Shown here piece by piece: positions 24,822 through 34,808 of a stretch of 55,451 nucleotides of DNA. The stretch is from Bigelowiella natans CCMP2755 (taxonomy: Eukaryota > Protista > Cercozoa). The DNA is taken from contig ADNK01002570.1 of assembly GCA_000320545.1 (NCBI GenBank), forward strand, positions 1 through 55,451, read 5' to 3'. Every line of letters begins with the position of its first letter. Position 1 is the stretch's first letter. The translations under genes and the position numbers were made by a program. The notes below the pieces were generated by a model. It did no database searches, was not told the DNA's origin, and saw nothing but the letters and a program-made list of their open reading frames with translations.

Positions 24822-27648
24822 ATGCAAGTCGTCAATGCAAAACAAAGGGATATTCCTTATCAGATCTCCCAACAAGGTACTCCAGGCATTCTCATTGGCT
24901 CACGGCAAAAGCACTGAGAAAGTTCTCCTGAAAATTAGAGGGAAGCTCTCTCAAACGACAACATGATTGATCGGTTTTATCCTACATGTCCGCCTAGAAA
25001 GCGAGCGTCCGAAAAGTGAGAGTCAACACGCCATCTCGTGTGAGAGTCACCGATAGCGCGAATTTGATCTATCAAAGTTCTCCCATGCAAAAATTGTCCA
25101 TCAAGCAGTGATTTGGGAATTGAGTTGTAGATCTAGATCTAGGGCACCTGTGAATGGCATTATTTACTCCAGGAGCACAAGTCGCTCGGGAGAAATCAAC
25201 TAAGCGTCCCTCGTGGACTGCCAACGACCAAAGCACGCTTCTTCTTAAATTGAAAAAAGGGAAGGACGCTGTGAGTAAATCCCCTCAATTATAGGTAATA
25301 ACTTTGCCCAAATTCCCAAGTCAATATTTCCTGACGGAGTTCCCTCCCCCAGTACGTGTATGAAGAAAGTATTCGAACTTCACGAAAATACCTTGGTTGT
25401 TCCTCTTCAAGTATAATTGAAGCTGGCCTACTCATCTGGAAGCGAGATTAGGGCTAGATATCTTTACTATTCTTCATGCCTAATTTATAACGTTGATGGT
25501 TTCAACGTTCTTCGTTTTGCTACTTGCGGCGAATCTGGAGGTAGGGGAAGCTTCATATTCTTCTGATGATAGCAAAAACGGACAAGAAAAGGTCAATAGG
25601 AACGGTTTAATCTGTTGGGATAACACGTAATCGATGCAATTCTTCTTAATCTTGAAAGCTTATAACAGAAGAGCACATGCAGTTAAACTTTCTAATCGCG
25701 CGATCATTCTCATTTTACGATCAAACAGATGACGCAGATACCGTTCTCCGATTCACTGATGAAAGAGTTAGAAGATTATGACAAGAAGACTCCGTCGAAG
25801 TATGTTCTTTTGCAGCAATCTTACATCTCATTCGTATCTCGTGAAATAAGATTCGGCATCGAACTTCATGTGTGACTGACGATCCTGATATGTTTATGGT
25901 AAAGCATTCGCAATCCTCTATCTCCTTCTGCCGACAAGGAAAAGAAAATGAGAATTCAGAGGAATATTAAGGTCCAAATCGTTCCATTCACTCGCTCAAG
26001 TCACACCGAAAAACACGGATATGATTCGTTAAGTTTTTATCTCGTGTGGTCAAATATGCAGAAACTAGTACTTGGATTGGAGTCATTACCAATTGAGGAT
26101 GGCCCGCCGCCCATCACGTTCTCTGGCAGAAGACGTTCCAATACGGGTAAACCTGAAGATAAACGACTTAGGGAGCAGGGTGATCCGCCACTTGTCGATC
26201 CGATTTGGAATGAAATTGAGAAGAGCCAGGAAGATACCGAGGAACTACCGAGCAGCAGCGGCAGGAAATCCAAGCTGGGCCATGAAGTACATTCCTATCC
26301 AGTATATGAACTTATATGATAGTCCATGAAGTACATTCCTATCCTGTATATGAACTTATATGCTAGTCCAGTATTCAAATGTTCTGCTTTGTTACAGAAC
26401 AGCGATTCTTCAGGGATGGAGAATCTGTTTGATCTGGTGAAGCAAGACGTTAATAACGAGGAAGAGGTGTCTATTTAGCTCTCCAATATCTCCTGAATAT
26501 CAGTCGCGTCCTCTTCTTCCTCCTATTCCTTGTCGTCGTCCTCCTATTTAAGACTTTTAATGTACATCTATACCTATTTCTTCCAGCACCCCTTTGACTT
26601 GACCTCCCCTGATACTGACGATCTTGAAATAGTCCAAGGTAGTAGCGCGATTCAACACATATTATTACACGTTTGATAATGAATTTTTCATCTTCTGTGA
26701 CGGAGGTTGTGCTTGCTTCGATGTGAAGCTTATTTAGAAGTTGTGCCTACTTTAGGAATATGGAGATATGAGCCTGATTCAAACGTTAAGTACGCTTCTC
26801 TTGGAGGTGACGAAAAAATGAATGAAGAAAGCAATTTAAGATTGTAAAAATTGGAGGAAGTAGAAAAGCAAAAAGCCAAGAGCCACTGGAATATTTACTC
26901 ACCACACACACACACACACACACACATACACATACACAACACATCTGTTTCACTTCCTTCTTTTCCTTCGTTCCGTTCACGTTTGCGTGTATGTGGCTAC
27001 TTTATGATCACTTTGCAACTTACCTTATAAATGCAGTGGGAATTATCGCGCCTTATGTGCGGGGAAGGGAGGTTAGAGGGACGGAGCCGGGGGAGCGATT
27101 AGGTTAATCCTTAATGATGATGAGGATGAAAGATGATGATATTAATGATTATGGTGCTAAAATTTATGATCGACAAGTTTTTCGCTCCCCCCTCCCTCCC
27201 GTTCCTCCCCGGTCAAGCATGTGAGTTCTTGCTATGCATATGGTGTTAGGACTGTACAAAGATCGACGCTCTGGAAAGTTATGGATGAAGGGGTTTAGCT
27301 CTCTCTCTCTCTCCCTCTCTCCCCTTTCCCCTCTCTCCTTTTGGATGCATATCTTTTTGGCATTGTGAATATGTCTTGTTATCGTGGATGAGAGGTAAAT
27401 GACGATTGCGTTGTGCGTCTGTTCGCTCGTCGATGCAGGTATACTCTGAACATGAAGAAAACTATTCCTCAAATCGCTTTGCTATGGCAAAAGGAAGATT
27501 CCGGTATGGTCTAAAAATGAATATACGATGGTAGACATGCATGTGGGTGATGACACATCGATTGAGGTAATAAAGACAATACTTTGGAGTGTAATCTTGT
27601 GCTGTGAACAGGCAAGAAAGTGAGGCGGTTCTGGTGGAAGAGGGTTAA
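24822..27648 (+). CDS. Hypothetical multi-exon protein; boundaries uncertain
   Basis: Series of AG/GT-bounded open segments (KRPSWTANDQSTLLLKLKKGK, MTQIPFSDSLMKELEDYDKK, KLVLGLESLPIEDGPPP, GLYKDRRSGKLWMKG). Confidence 0.4.
26280..26370. repeat. 44-bp tandem duplication (2 copies, 2 mismatches), probably intronic
   Basis: ccatgaagtacattcctatcc(a/t)gtatatgaacttatatg(a/c)tagt at 26280 and 26324. Confidence 0.95.
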
Positions 27649-28444
27649 TAACTATCAGCATGCATATCAGATGCGCTCTGTCGGAACACACACGGTCAAC
27701 AATTCTACGCTCGACAAACACATGGCCTTAATTACTAACGCACTGCTTTGCTTGGGATGCATCAAATCATTTCACAACTGGTTTCATCCTTCAATGTGAA
27801 GTGTTCCTAAGAAATTTTCGTTGTATGAACAGATACACAATGATACTATTCGCTGAAGCAGGAAATGAAGTAAAAGAAAATCCTAAGTGGTGAAACTGAA
27901 TTATCCAAGCTAGTAAGCTGGTCTTTGCTGCCATTGCTACTAAATTTGTTGCATGTTTGTCGACTTGCACATCGATGCAACATGCGGTGGATGTTTCACA
28001 ATGTAGCTGTTGTGTCCTACTTTGCCGTGTCATGATCACTAGCTGCAACGTTTACAATTGTTCTCCAATGCGTATTCAGTGGAACACGCACGAGAAAATT
28101 GCACGGTTTGATTCCCAGCACGCGGCATGTGTCTAGAGCTAGAGAGTGTCTAGGTGTGTGAGTGTGCAGACGTAACATTCAGGCATGCTGGCATGTACGA
28201 TTGAGGGCACACATCAGCTGCCCACTTCTAGACTTGCGTGAATTGACGTGATGCAGACTTGCATGGGCATTGCCAGCACGTTCACAAGCACTTGGGACTT
28301 GCAGCTTCCACCTGGACATGAATGAATGAACCACAGCAGAGCAGTTCCAATGCTTGATTCGAAATGATTGTGCCGATGAAAGTGCAAAGTTGCACCACAC
28401 AACTTTGCACGTCACGAAATCGTGTGCGTGCATGTTGTGCTGTG

Positions 28445-28770
28445 TGTAGCGCGTACCACTACGCGGGCACAAGTCACGTGCGACAACAAAGGGGTTGTCG
28501 CGGATATAGAATATAGATAACGTAGATATTAATACAGCATAGGCACGTGGGTTCCGGCGGGACTCATGGCAGCACACCGGAAGTGTGCTGCCCCACGTGC
28601 GGCGGCATTCGCGAAAGCTTCGCGAATGATTACGCAGTGCACGATTTAATAAAAATATAATCTTTAATAAAAATAAACACAACTCTTCAAAAGGAAGCAA
28701 ACGTGCCTTTCCCCCCCCCTGCCTACTTGTGCACGTAGCGCCTCGGCCTGTGAACACCTTACGCGCAACA
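28445..28770 (+). repeat. 5' LTR (326 bp)
   Basis: TGTAGCGCGTA...TACGCGCAACA, a 10/11 terminal inverted repeat; AATAAA motifs at about 28648-28677. Confidence 0.98.
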
Positions 28771-28775
28771 ACCTT

Positions 28776-28798
28776 TGGCTTCCACACACGGGAAACGA
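28776..28798 (+). promoter_or_regulatory. Primer-binding site (tRNA unassigned; 3' end resembles Asp/Glu tRNAs)
   Basis: TGGCTTCCACACACGGGAAACGA, 5 nt after the 5' LTR; its complement ends in ..GGAAGCCA. Confidence 0.7.
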
Positions 28799-28809
28799 TT
28801 TGACTAACA

Positions 28810-31800
28810 ATGTCACAGCAGCTAGAAGAACAGCAGGACTTTGGCTCGCAGGCCGTGCAAGGGCACGAGCAGAAACAGGAAAGGAAGGGCGATACGGACG
28901 CTAAGGAAGGAGGAGGAACACCTCCACAGGCACCGCCGGGACCAGCACCCGGGATTAAGAAAGCAGATGCAGCAGCAGAGGCACTGGAGAACTTCTACGA
29001 GGCGGACGACGAGGACGTGGCCGCCGAAAGCAAGAAGGTCGTAATGGCATTACGAGCCTTGCGACCCAGGGCGAGCAACTACGCCAAACTGAAAGTATCG
29101 ATAGAATACAAGTATCAGACACATGATGTTTGGGCAGCTATCATGCAGGACATCATGGATTACGAAGCAGACTTACCTCCAGAGTGGGCAGCTTTGTTTA
29201 GGAACGACGGGGGTCTGGGCGCCTCGCGGGGGACGACCCAGAGCACCGTCAAGCAGCAGCAGCCGGTACAGCGGAACACCCAGTTCATGTCTGTTAAAAC
29301 AGCACCGGTTATGATAACGAAATACAACGGGAAAAGAGGTGAGGCAAGGAGGTGGTGGAAGAACGCTAGGAGTATACTCTGCGACTTTACCCCTAACCCC
29401 ACCGAAAACGACAAGCTCAAATGGCTAGCTATAATAAAGCAAGCCATGGACCTTTACGAGACAGGCAGGACCCGGATCAGGCAGCTAGAGAAAATACACA
29501 CTACAGTTAGTGGGCTACGAGACGTTGAGGCGATAATGAAGGCTTTTGTAAATGAACAGGATGCTAACTCCCTACCCCAGGCTATTAGAAAATACAGAGC
29601 AATGATGCAGCATGAGAGAGAACCTGTTAGAGACTTTGCCACGCGCTTCCAGGATATGATCGACGAACTACATGATTTTAATTACAACACAGGTGATGAT
29701 CAGGCAAGGTTTGAAGAGTTCAAGTTAAAGATAAAGGAATCCACTTACGTTACGGAGAAAGGCTACACCACGATGGAGGCAGCAGTGCAGGCTATATCCC
29801 TACGCGAGCAGGAGCAGGACCGCAAGTTTACCAGCCCTAAGGTACCTGGCATAGGAAACATTAACGCTATTAAGCCGCAGCGAGACTGGTACAAGGACAG
29901 GGAAGGTAACCGACGTTGCGGATACTGCTCACGTAAAGGGAAACACACCGCTAAAGACTGCAGAGACAGGAAAGAAGGACGACCCAGGATGACGATCAGG
30001 CAGCTCAACGAACACTACGAGAAGTTAAAGAGAAAGAAAGGCAGAGGACAAGGATATAACAACAGCAAATGGCAAGGCAGCAACAACGGGAAGAACAATA
30101 AATATAAGAACAAAAAGCAGAACAGTATCAATGCTATACAGCAGCAGATAAACGGAATATTAGATCACCTTAAGCAGGCGCCGACGAAGACAGCAGTACC
30201 AGCAACGCAGGACCAAGACAAGCCCATGACCCTAGACGACATAAAGAACTTAGGAGTATGCAACATTAATGACGAAGACGCTAACAGGACTATCAAAGTT
30301 GCTATGACCAAGGTTAAAGTTAAAGACAGCTACGGAGACTACAAGAAACTACCTGCCCTTTGGGATAGTGGCAGCATGCCGAAGTCCTTCATAAGCCTAA
30401 GCACAGTAAGAAGGTTAGGACTATTGGATCAAGTGACTAAGAAAGAACGTAAATATGCTCAAGCAGACGGAAGCTCTTCCATGAAGACCGTCGGTGAGCT
30501 AATGCTAAAGCTACAGATACCTGGCAGCGACGCGGAGACCCAAATCAAGACCCGAGTAGCCATGACTTTATCCATGGAACTACTCCTCGGACAGGATGCC
30601 CTAGAAAAATTAGGGGGGATCATATCATTCTACAATCACAAGATATACTTTGCTAAGTTGCCAAAGAAGTCAGGCAGGACCATCAGCCAGAACATGATAC
30701 GGCTTGACGAGTGGACCTCTGAGTCAAGCGTTAATGCGTTAGAGTTTATGGACCTAGCGGACAACAAGCTACCTACACCTACCGAGCTACGGAAGAAGAA
30801 CCCCGGCAAGACCATCCGACAGATAACGGAGCTACTGGACAAGACCCCCCCAGCTGATGATTGGGATATCGACAAAGGCAAAAAGTACATTAATAAAATA
30901 TTAAACGAGAAGTACTCTGACATCACCAAGCCGACGACGAAGCCCTCCAGCAAGCTTACCCCAGTAAAGATCGAGCTAAAGAAGGGATACGAAGAGTGCA
31001 TCATCAATGACCCAGAACATAGGCGACCGGAAGCGGACTGGGAAAAGATAGAGTGGCAGATCAATGAATGGGCAAAGGAAGGGAAGATAGAGCCAAGCAA
31101 CTCACCATGGAACGTGAGACATGTGCTAGCTAAGAAACCTACTTACCCTTTCTTCCGCCTGGCGCACAACTTCATCCGCCACAACCGAGTAATAAAGAGG
31201 ATCCAGACACCTACACCAAGGATAGATGACGTTATTGAACACGTCATAGGATACAAATACTACTCTTCCCTAGATAAAAATGAATCATACATGCAGACAC
31301 CCATCCACAAAACCTCCCGCCCCATTACCGCGTTCTCCAGCAGGCACAGGAAGTGGCACTTCGTCGTATTCCCTTACGGCCTAAGCATATCAGGGGATGC
31401 GTTCAGTAGTCAGAACTACAGGGCATACACACATGATGGGATGGCGTCTGTGTTGTGGGTGTTTGTGTTTGTGTATGTGGATGATGACATAATATGTACC
31501 AACACAGTCGTCGCTCAGATCTTCCTCCTGGAAAATATATTTATTAGGTTTGCACACTTCGGTTTTACTATTAGACTGCAGAAGTGTACATTCCTAGCTA
31601 CAAGAATCAAGTGGTGTGGATATTACCTGGAGCAAGGCCGCATCACCCCAAACCCCGAGAAAGTAGCAGCACTACAGCAAGCCCCTAAACCTAAGAATGC
31701 AAAGGAGTTAAAGTCATTCTTGCAGACTGCAGCTTGGATACTACGTAGGTTCTCCCCTACCTACGCTAGGACTGCAGCTGCTTTTACTACTGCTTACCGG

Positions 31801-33783
31801 AAGGAGAACTCTGTAGGCCTCAGCTTCGCTAAGGTGTGGGCCAAGGCTGGCCTTGATGCCCACTTCGATAACCTAATAAAGTTATGCAGCAACACCCTAT
31901 TGAATGCTAAGCTAGACACTACTAGACCAGCTACCCTATGGACAGACTGGTCTAAGCTAGGTATGGCTGCTGTACTTACCCAAGACCAGCAGATCATACG
32001 GGTGTGGGGCAGGGCCTGCACAGCAGCTGAGGCCAAGTACAGCCCTACAAAAGGAGAGTATAAAGCCATGACTGAGGCGCAGAGGAAACTAAGATACTAC
32101 CTGCTGTCGGTGCCCAGCTTCACCTTAATGACTGACCACAAGCCCCTCCTAGGCATCGACCGCAAGCTCGAAGCGCCTAACGATGAGTATGCAGCTATGA
32201 GGGCGGACACGGAAGAGTTTAGGGACAAGAGGACAGTGGTCTACGCACCAGGAGACAAGCAGCTTGCTGACTATTTCAGCAGGCTGTTCGAAAAGAAAGT
32301 CCCTACCCAGGTCACCCCTATGGTTAACGCGATTACCTTCGAGGACGGCGACTTCCTGCCTGAGCCAGAGGAGCTCCAGCACCTTCAAGAACACCTGGAT
32401 AAATACAAACACAAGCATGAGGTACTTAGTGATAGGATATATGTATACACTAATAATGTTAGGCGTACCTACGTGCCACGGCGGACCAGGGGAGCCCTTC
32501 TCTTTACCGCCCATGGACCTGCACACGTAGGAGAAAACCATATCACTGCTCTACTCTACCATTACTACTGGCCCTACAAGCTAAAAGAGATAAGGACATA
32601 CCTGCGTGGCTGCAGGTGCTCCAGCTTGAAGGCGGCAGGCGTCGCCACCAAGGAGTCCAGCAAGAGCCGTGCATCTAAGAAAATCAAAGCAAGGAACTTC
32701 TTAGATATCGTGCAAATTGATGTTTATAAGTACGATGGCTATCACTACCTTACCTTCGTTGATGTGGCCACTGGAAAGTGCTGGGTTAAAAAGATTATCA
32801 AGGTCAACGTTGCTAAGAAGAACAAAGGCTTATATAAGCAGAGGCTTACTAACTGCTACCGTACCTGGGAGTCTGAGCTCCAGGCTATCCCTGATGAAGT
32901 TAGCATAAACAAGATACCAAAGAAGTTACATGTGGATAATGAGACCTCTCTTCTACAGCTACCACACCCTAATATTGATGCCTCACCTGTATACTATGCC
33001 CAGTCCAACTCCAAGGTAGAGCGACTCCACCGCACCTTGGCCAACCTAAGCAGGATAAATAGCACCACACCAGACAAGATACAAGGGTTAGTAAACGACA
33101 CCTTCACGTCTGGGGGAGGTATCAAGGATAAGGAGAGGGAAGAAGGCGACGACAACGACGACGATACCGAGAGCGAAGACGAGAAGGTCCCGTACGATGG
33201 CCGAGTTCTAAAGGAAGGACAGTATGTTAGGGCCAAGGTAAATCTGAGATCGAGAAATAAACAAGACCCCTTCTGGGGTGGCGTTGCAAAGGTTACCGAG
33301 AGGAAGGGGAGGAAGCAGTACTACATCTATGATGGGAACAGGGTCACCTTGCGCCACATCAGTCACCTAAAGAATTATGATATCGGTGAGAAGCTCCTAG
33401 AGGATGTTAAAGTAAACCCTTCTGTGTGGGAGCGAGCAATGCCTTGTTTAGGACCCCGACCTAAGTTCGATGTGGAATATGGAAACAATAAGGTCAGGGT
33501 GAACGACGATTGGCGCATGAAGATTGTCTATCTAGGCTACCCTGGATTACGAAATATGGAGAGGGTAGCTATGAAAATAAAGGACGGAAAATATCAGCTA
33601 CTCTACCTAGCTGTTCCCGACTTACCCTTTGAGCACTGGTATAAGGTCCTGGGGGACCTTGATGCAGAGGGCTGGTATGGACACGAACCTAAGGACGAAG
33701 GTGAGTTCTGGGTAAGCGACAAAGGAGATAAGGTTAGAGAGGAATCTATTACCTGGTGGTTGGTGAAGTTCCGAAAGCGATGA
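28810..33783 (+). CDS. Gag-Pol polyprotein (1657 aa) with SH3/GPY-F-like and extra C-terminal domain
   Basis: Zn knuckle CGYCSRKGKHTAKDC; protease LWDSGS; RT SPWN..PYGL..YVDD; RNase H TDWS..E..TDHKPL..ADYFSR; IN HGPAH..CRC, QIDV, VDNE, KVERLH. Confidence 0.97.
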   Translation: MSQQLEEQQDFGSQAVQGHEQKQERKGDTDAKEGGGTPPQAPPGPAPGIKKADAAAEALENFYEADDEDVAAESKKVVMALRALRPRASNYAKLKVSIEYKYQTHDVWAAIMQDIMDYEADLPPEWAALFRNDGGLGASRGTTQSTVKQQQPVQRNTQFMSVKTAPVMITKYNGKRGEARRWWKNARSILCDFTPNPTENDKLKWLAIIKQAMDLYETGRTRIRQLEKIHTTVSGLRDVEAIMKAFVNEQDANSLPQAIRKYRAMMQHEREPVRDFATRFQDMIDELHDFNYNTGDDQARFEEFKLKIKESTYVTEKGYTTMEAAVQAISLREQEQDRKFTSPKVPGIGNINAIKPQRDWYKDREGNRRCGYCSRKGKHTAKDCRDRKEGRPRMTIRQLNEHYEKLKRKKGRGQGYNNSKWQGSNNGKNNKYKNKKQNSINAIQQQINGILDHLKQAPTKTAVPATQDQDKPMTLDDIKNLGVCNINDEDANRTIKVAMTKVKVKDSYGDYKKLPALWDSGSMPKSFISLSTVRRLGLLDQVTKKERKYAQADGSSSMKTVGELMLKLQIPGSDAETQIKTRVAMTLSMELLLGQDALEKLGGIISFYNHKIYFAKLPKKSGRTISQNMIRLDEWTSESSVNALEFMDLADNKLPTPTELRKKNPGKTIRQITELLDKTPPADDWDIDKGKKYINKILNEKYSDITKPTTKPSSKLTPVKIELKKGYEECIINDPEHRRPEADWEKIEWQINEWAKEGKIEPSNSPWNVRHVLAKKPTYPFFRLAHNFIRHNRVIKRIQTPTPRIDDVIEHVIGYKYYSSLDKNESYMQTPIHKTSRPITAFSSRHRKWHFVVFPYGLSISGDAFSSQNYRAYTHDGMASVLWVFVFVYVDDDIICTNTVVAQIFLLENIFIRFAHFGFTIRLQKCTFLATRIKWCGYYLEQGRITPNPEKVAALQQAPKPKNAKELKSFLQTAAWILRRFSPTYARTAAAFTTAYRKENSVGLSFAKVWAKAGLDAHFDNLIKLCSNTLLNAKLDTTRPATLWTDWSKLGMAAVLTQDQQIIRVWGRACTAAEAKYSPTKGEYKAMTEAQRKLRYYLLSVPSFTLMTDHKPLLGIDRKLEAPNDEYAAMRADTEEFRDKRTVVYAPGDKQLADYFSRLFEKKVPTQVTPMVNAITFEDGDFLPEPEELQHLQEHLDKYKHKHEVLSDRIYVYTNNVRRTYVPRRTRGALLFTAHGPAHVGENHITALLYHYYWPYKLKEIRTYLRGCRCSSLKAAGVATKESSKSRASKKIKARNFLDIVQIDVYKYDGYHYLTFVDVATGKCWVKKIIKVNVAKKNKGLYKQRLTNCYRTWESELQAIPDEVSINKIPKKLHVDNETSLLQLPHPNIDASPVYYAQSNSKVERLHRTLANLSRINSTTPDKIQGLVNDTFTSGGGIKDKEREEGDDNDDDTESEDEKVPYDGRVLKEGQYVRAKVNLRSRNKQDPFWGGVAKVTERKGRKQYYIYDGNRVTLRHISHLKNYDIGEKLLEDVKVNPSVWERAMPCLGPRPKFDVEYGNNKVRVNDDWRMKIVYLGYPGLRNMERVAMKIKDGKYQLLYLAVPDLPFEHWYKVLGDLDAEGWYGHEPKDEGEFWVSDKGDKVREESITWWLVKFRKR

Positions 33784-33826
33784 AGGTCTAAGGGAATAAG
33801 GAAGGAAGGAAGGAGCAACGTGACTT

Positions 33827-33834
33827 GGGGGAGG
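33827..33834 (+). promoter_or_regulatory. Polypurine tract
   Basis: GGGGGAGG abuts the 3' LTR; a longer purine run lies at 33790-33814. Confidence 0.85.
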
Positions 33835-34160
33835 TGTAGCGCGTACCACTACGCGGGCACAAGTCACGTGCGACAACAAAGGGGTTGTCGCGGATATAGA
33901 ATATAGATAACGTAGATATTAATACAGCATAGGCACGTGGGTTCCGGCGGGACTCATGGCAGCACACCGGAAGTGTGCTGCCCCACGTGCGGCGGCATTC
34001 GCGAAAGCTTCGCGAATGATTACGCAGTGCACGATTTAATAAAAATATAATCTTTAATAAAAATAAACACAACTCTTCAAAAGGAAGCAAACGTGCCTTT
34101 CCCCCCCCCTGCCTACTTGTGCACGTAGCGCCTCGGCCTGTGAACACCTTACGCGCAACA
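33835..34160 (+). repeat. 3' LTR (326 bp)
   Basis: Direct repeat of 28445-28770. Confidence 0.98.
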
Positions 34161-34808
34161 TGTGTCGGAAAATTGGAAGCATCAGCGGCACGCGATGTCA
34201 AAGAGAAAGATCGGCAGGGCAGGTGATGAACTCCTCAGTCTGGATGCTTTTGGGGAAATCTCCTTCGAAAAAATGACTTTCCAGAGTGCATCATCCGCCA
34301 CCATCCAACCAGCCGAAGAGCTCGGAAAAGCGAAGCAAAACCACTCCTCACTCCCTTGCGAATGCCAACTGCGACAAAGAAAGTCTGCCAAGCATTCTGA
34401 TGATGCGGTAGTGAACAGCAGAACTAAGTTCGTGTGCACTACGCTGTCTGGGCGGAAAAGAAGCAGATTCTTTTTTTGAGCATGTTGTCGTAAGGCAAAA
34501 ATGTCATGCAATTGTCTCCGTTCGAAATGAGATTTCGCTCTCAGACTTGAGGCATGGTTCTCCCCACACGCCCCAGCATTCCAACACAAATTTTAGCGAA
34601 GTCGAGATGATTTTGTGTGGGTGATTCGCAAGCCTCTTCATTTAATTGTCACCTCTCTACCACTAACACCTTCGTGTGACATGTGATTGGATGACCACAC
34701 GTGTTAAATAGTGTATTTAAATGTACAAATCATTTCCAAACATTGACTTGCAACCTAATGTTGATTCTATTGGTGGATTCGCAGTCATCATTTCTACAGA
34801 GAAGTAGA

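Larger units (their letters stand above)
28445..34160 (+). mobile_element. Full-length Ty3/Gypsy LTR retrotransposon, recently inserted
   Basis: Two 326-bp TG..CA LTRs identical by eye; 4-bp target-site duplication TGTG (28441-28444 and 34161-34164); PBS; PPT; single ORF in Gag-PR-RT-RNaseH-IN order. Confidence 0.98.

Noticed and set aside
28540-28602. LTR three-way junction as a hammerhead ribozyme
   Set aside because: No CUGANGA/GAAA core in the junction on either strand.
28179-28787. Duplicated antisense ORF (also 33788-34201)
   Set aside because: Just the LTR read on the minus strand; starts and stops lie outside the LTR and differ between copies.
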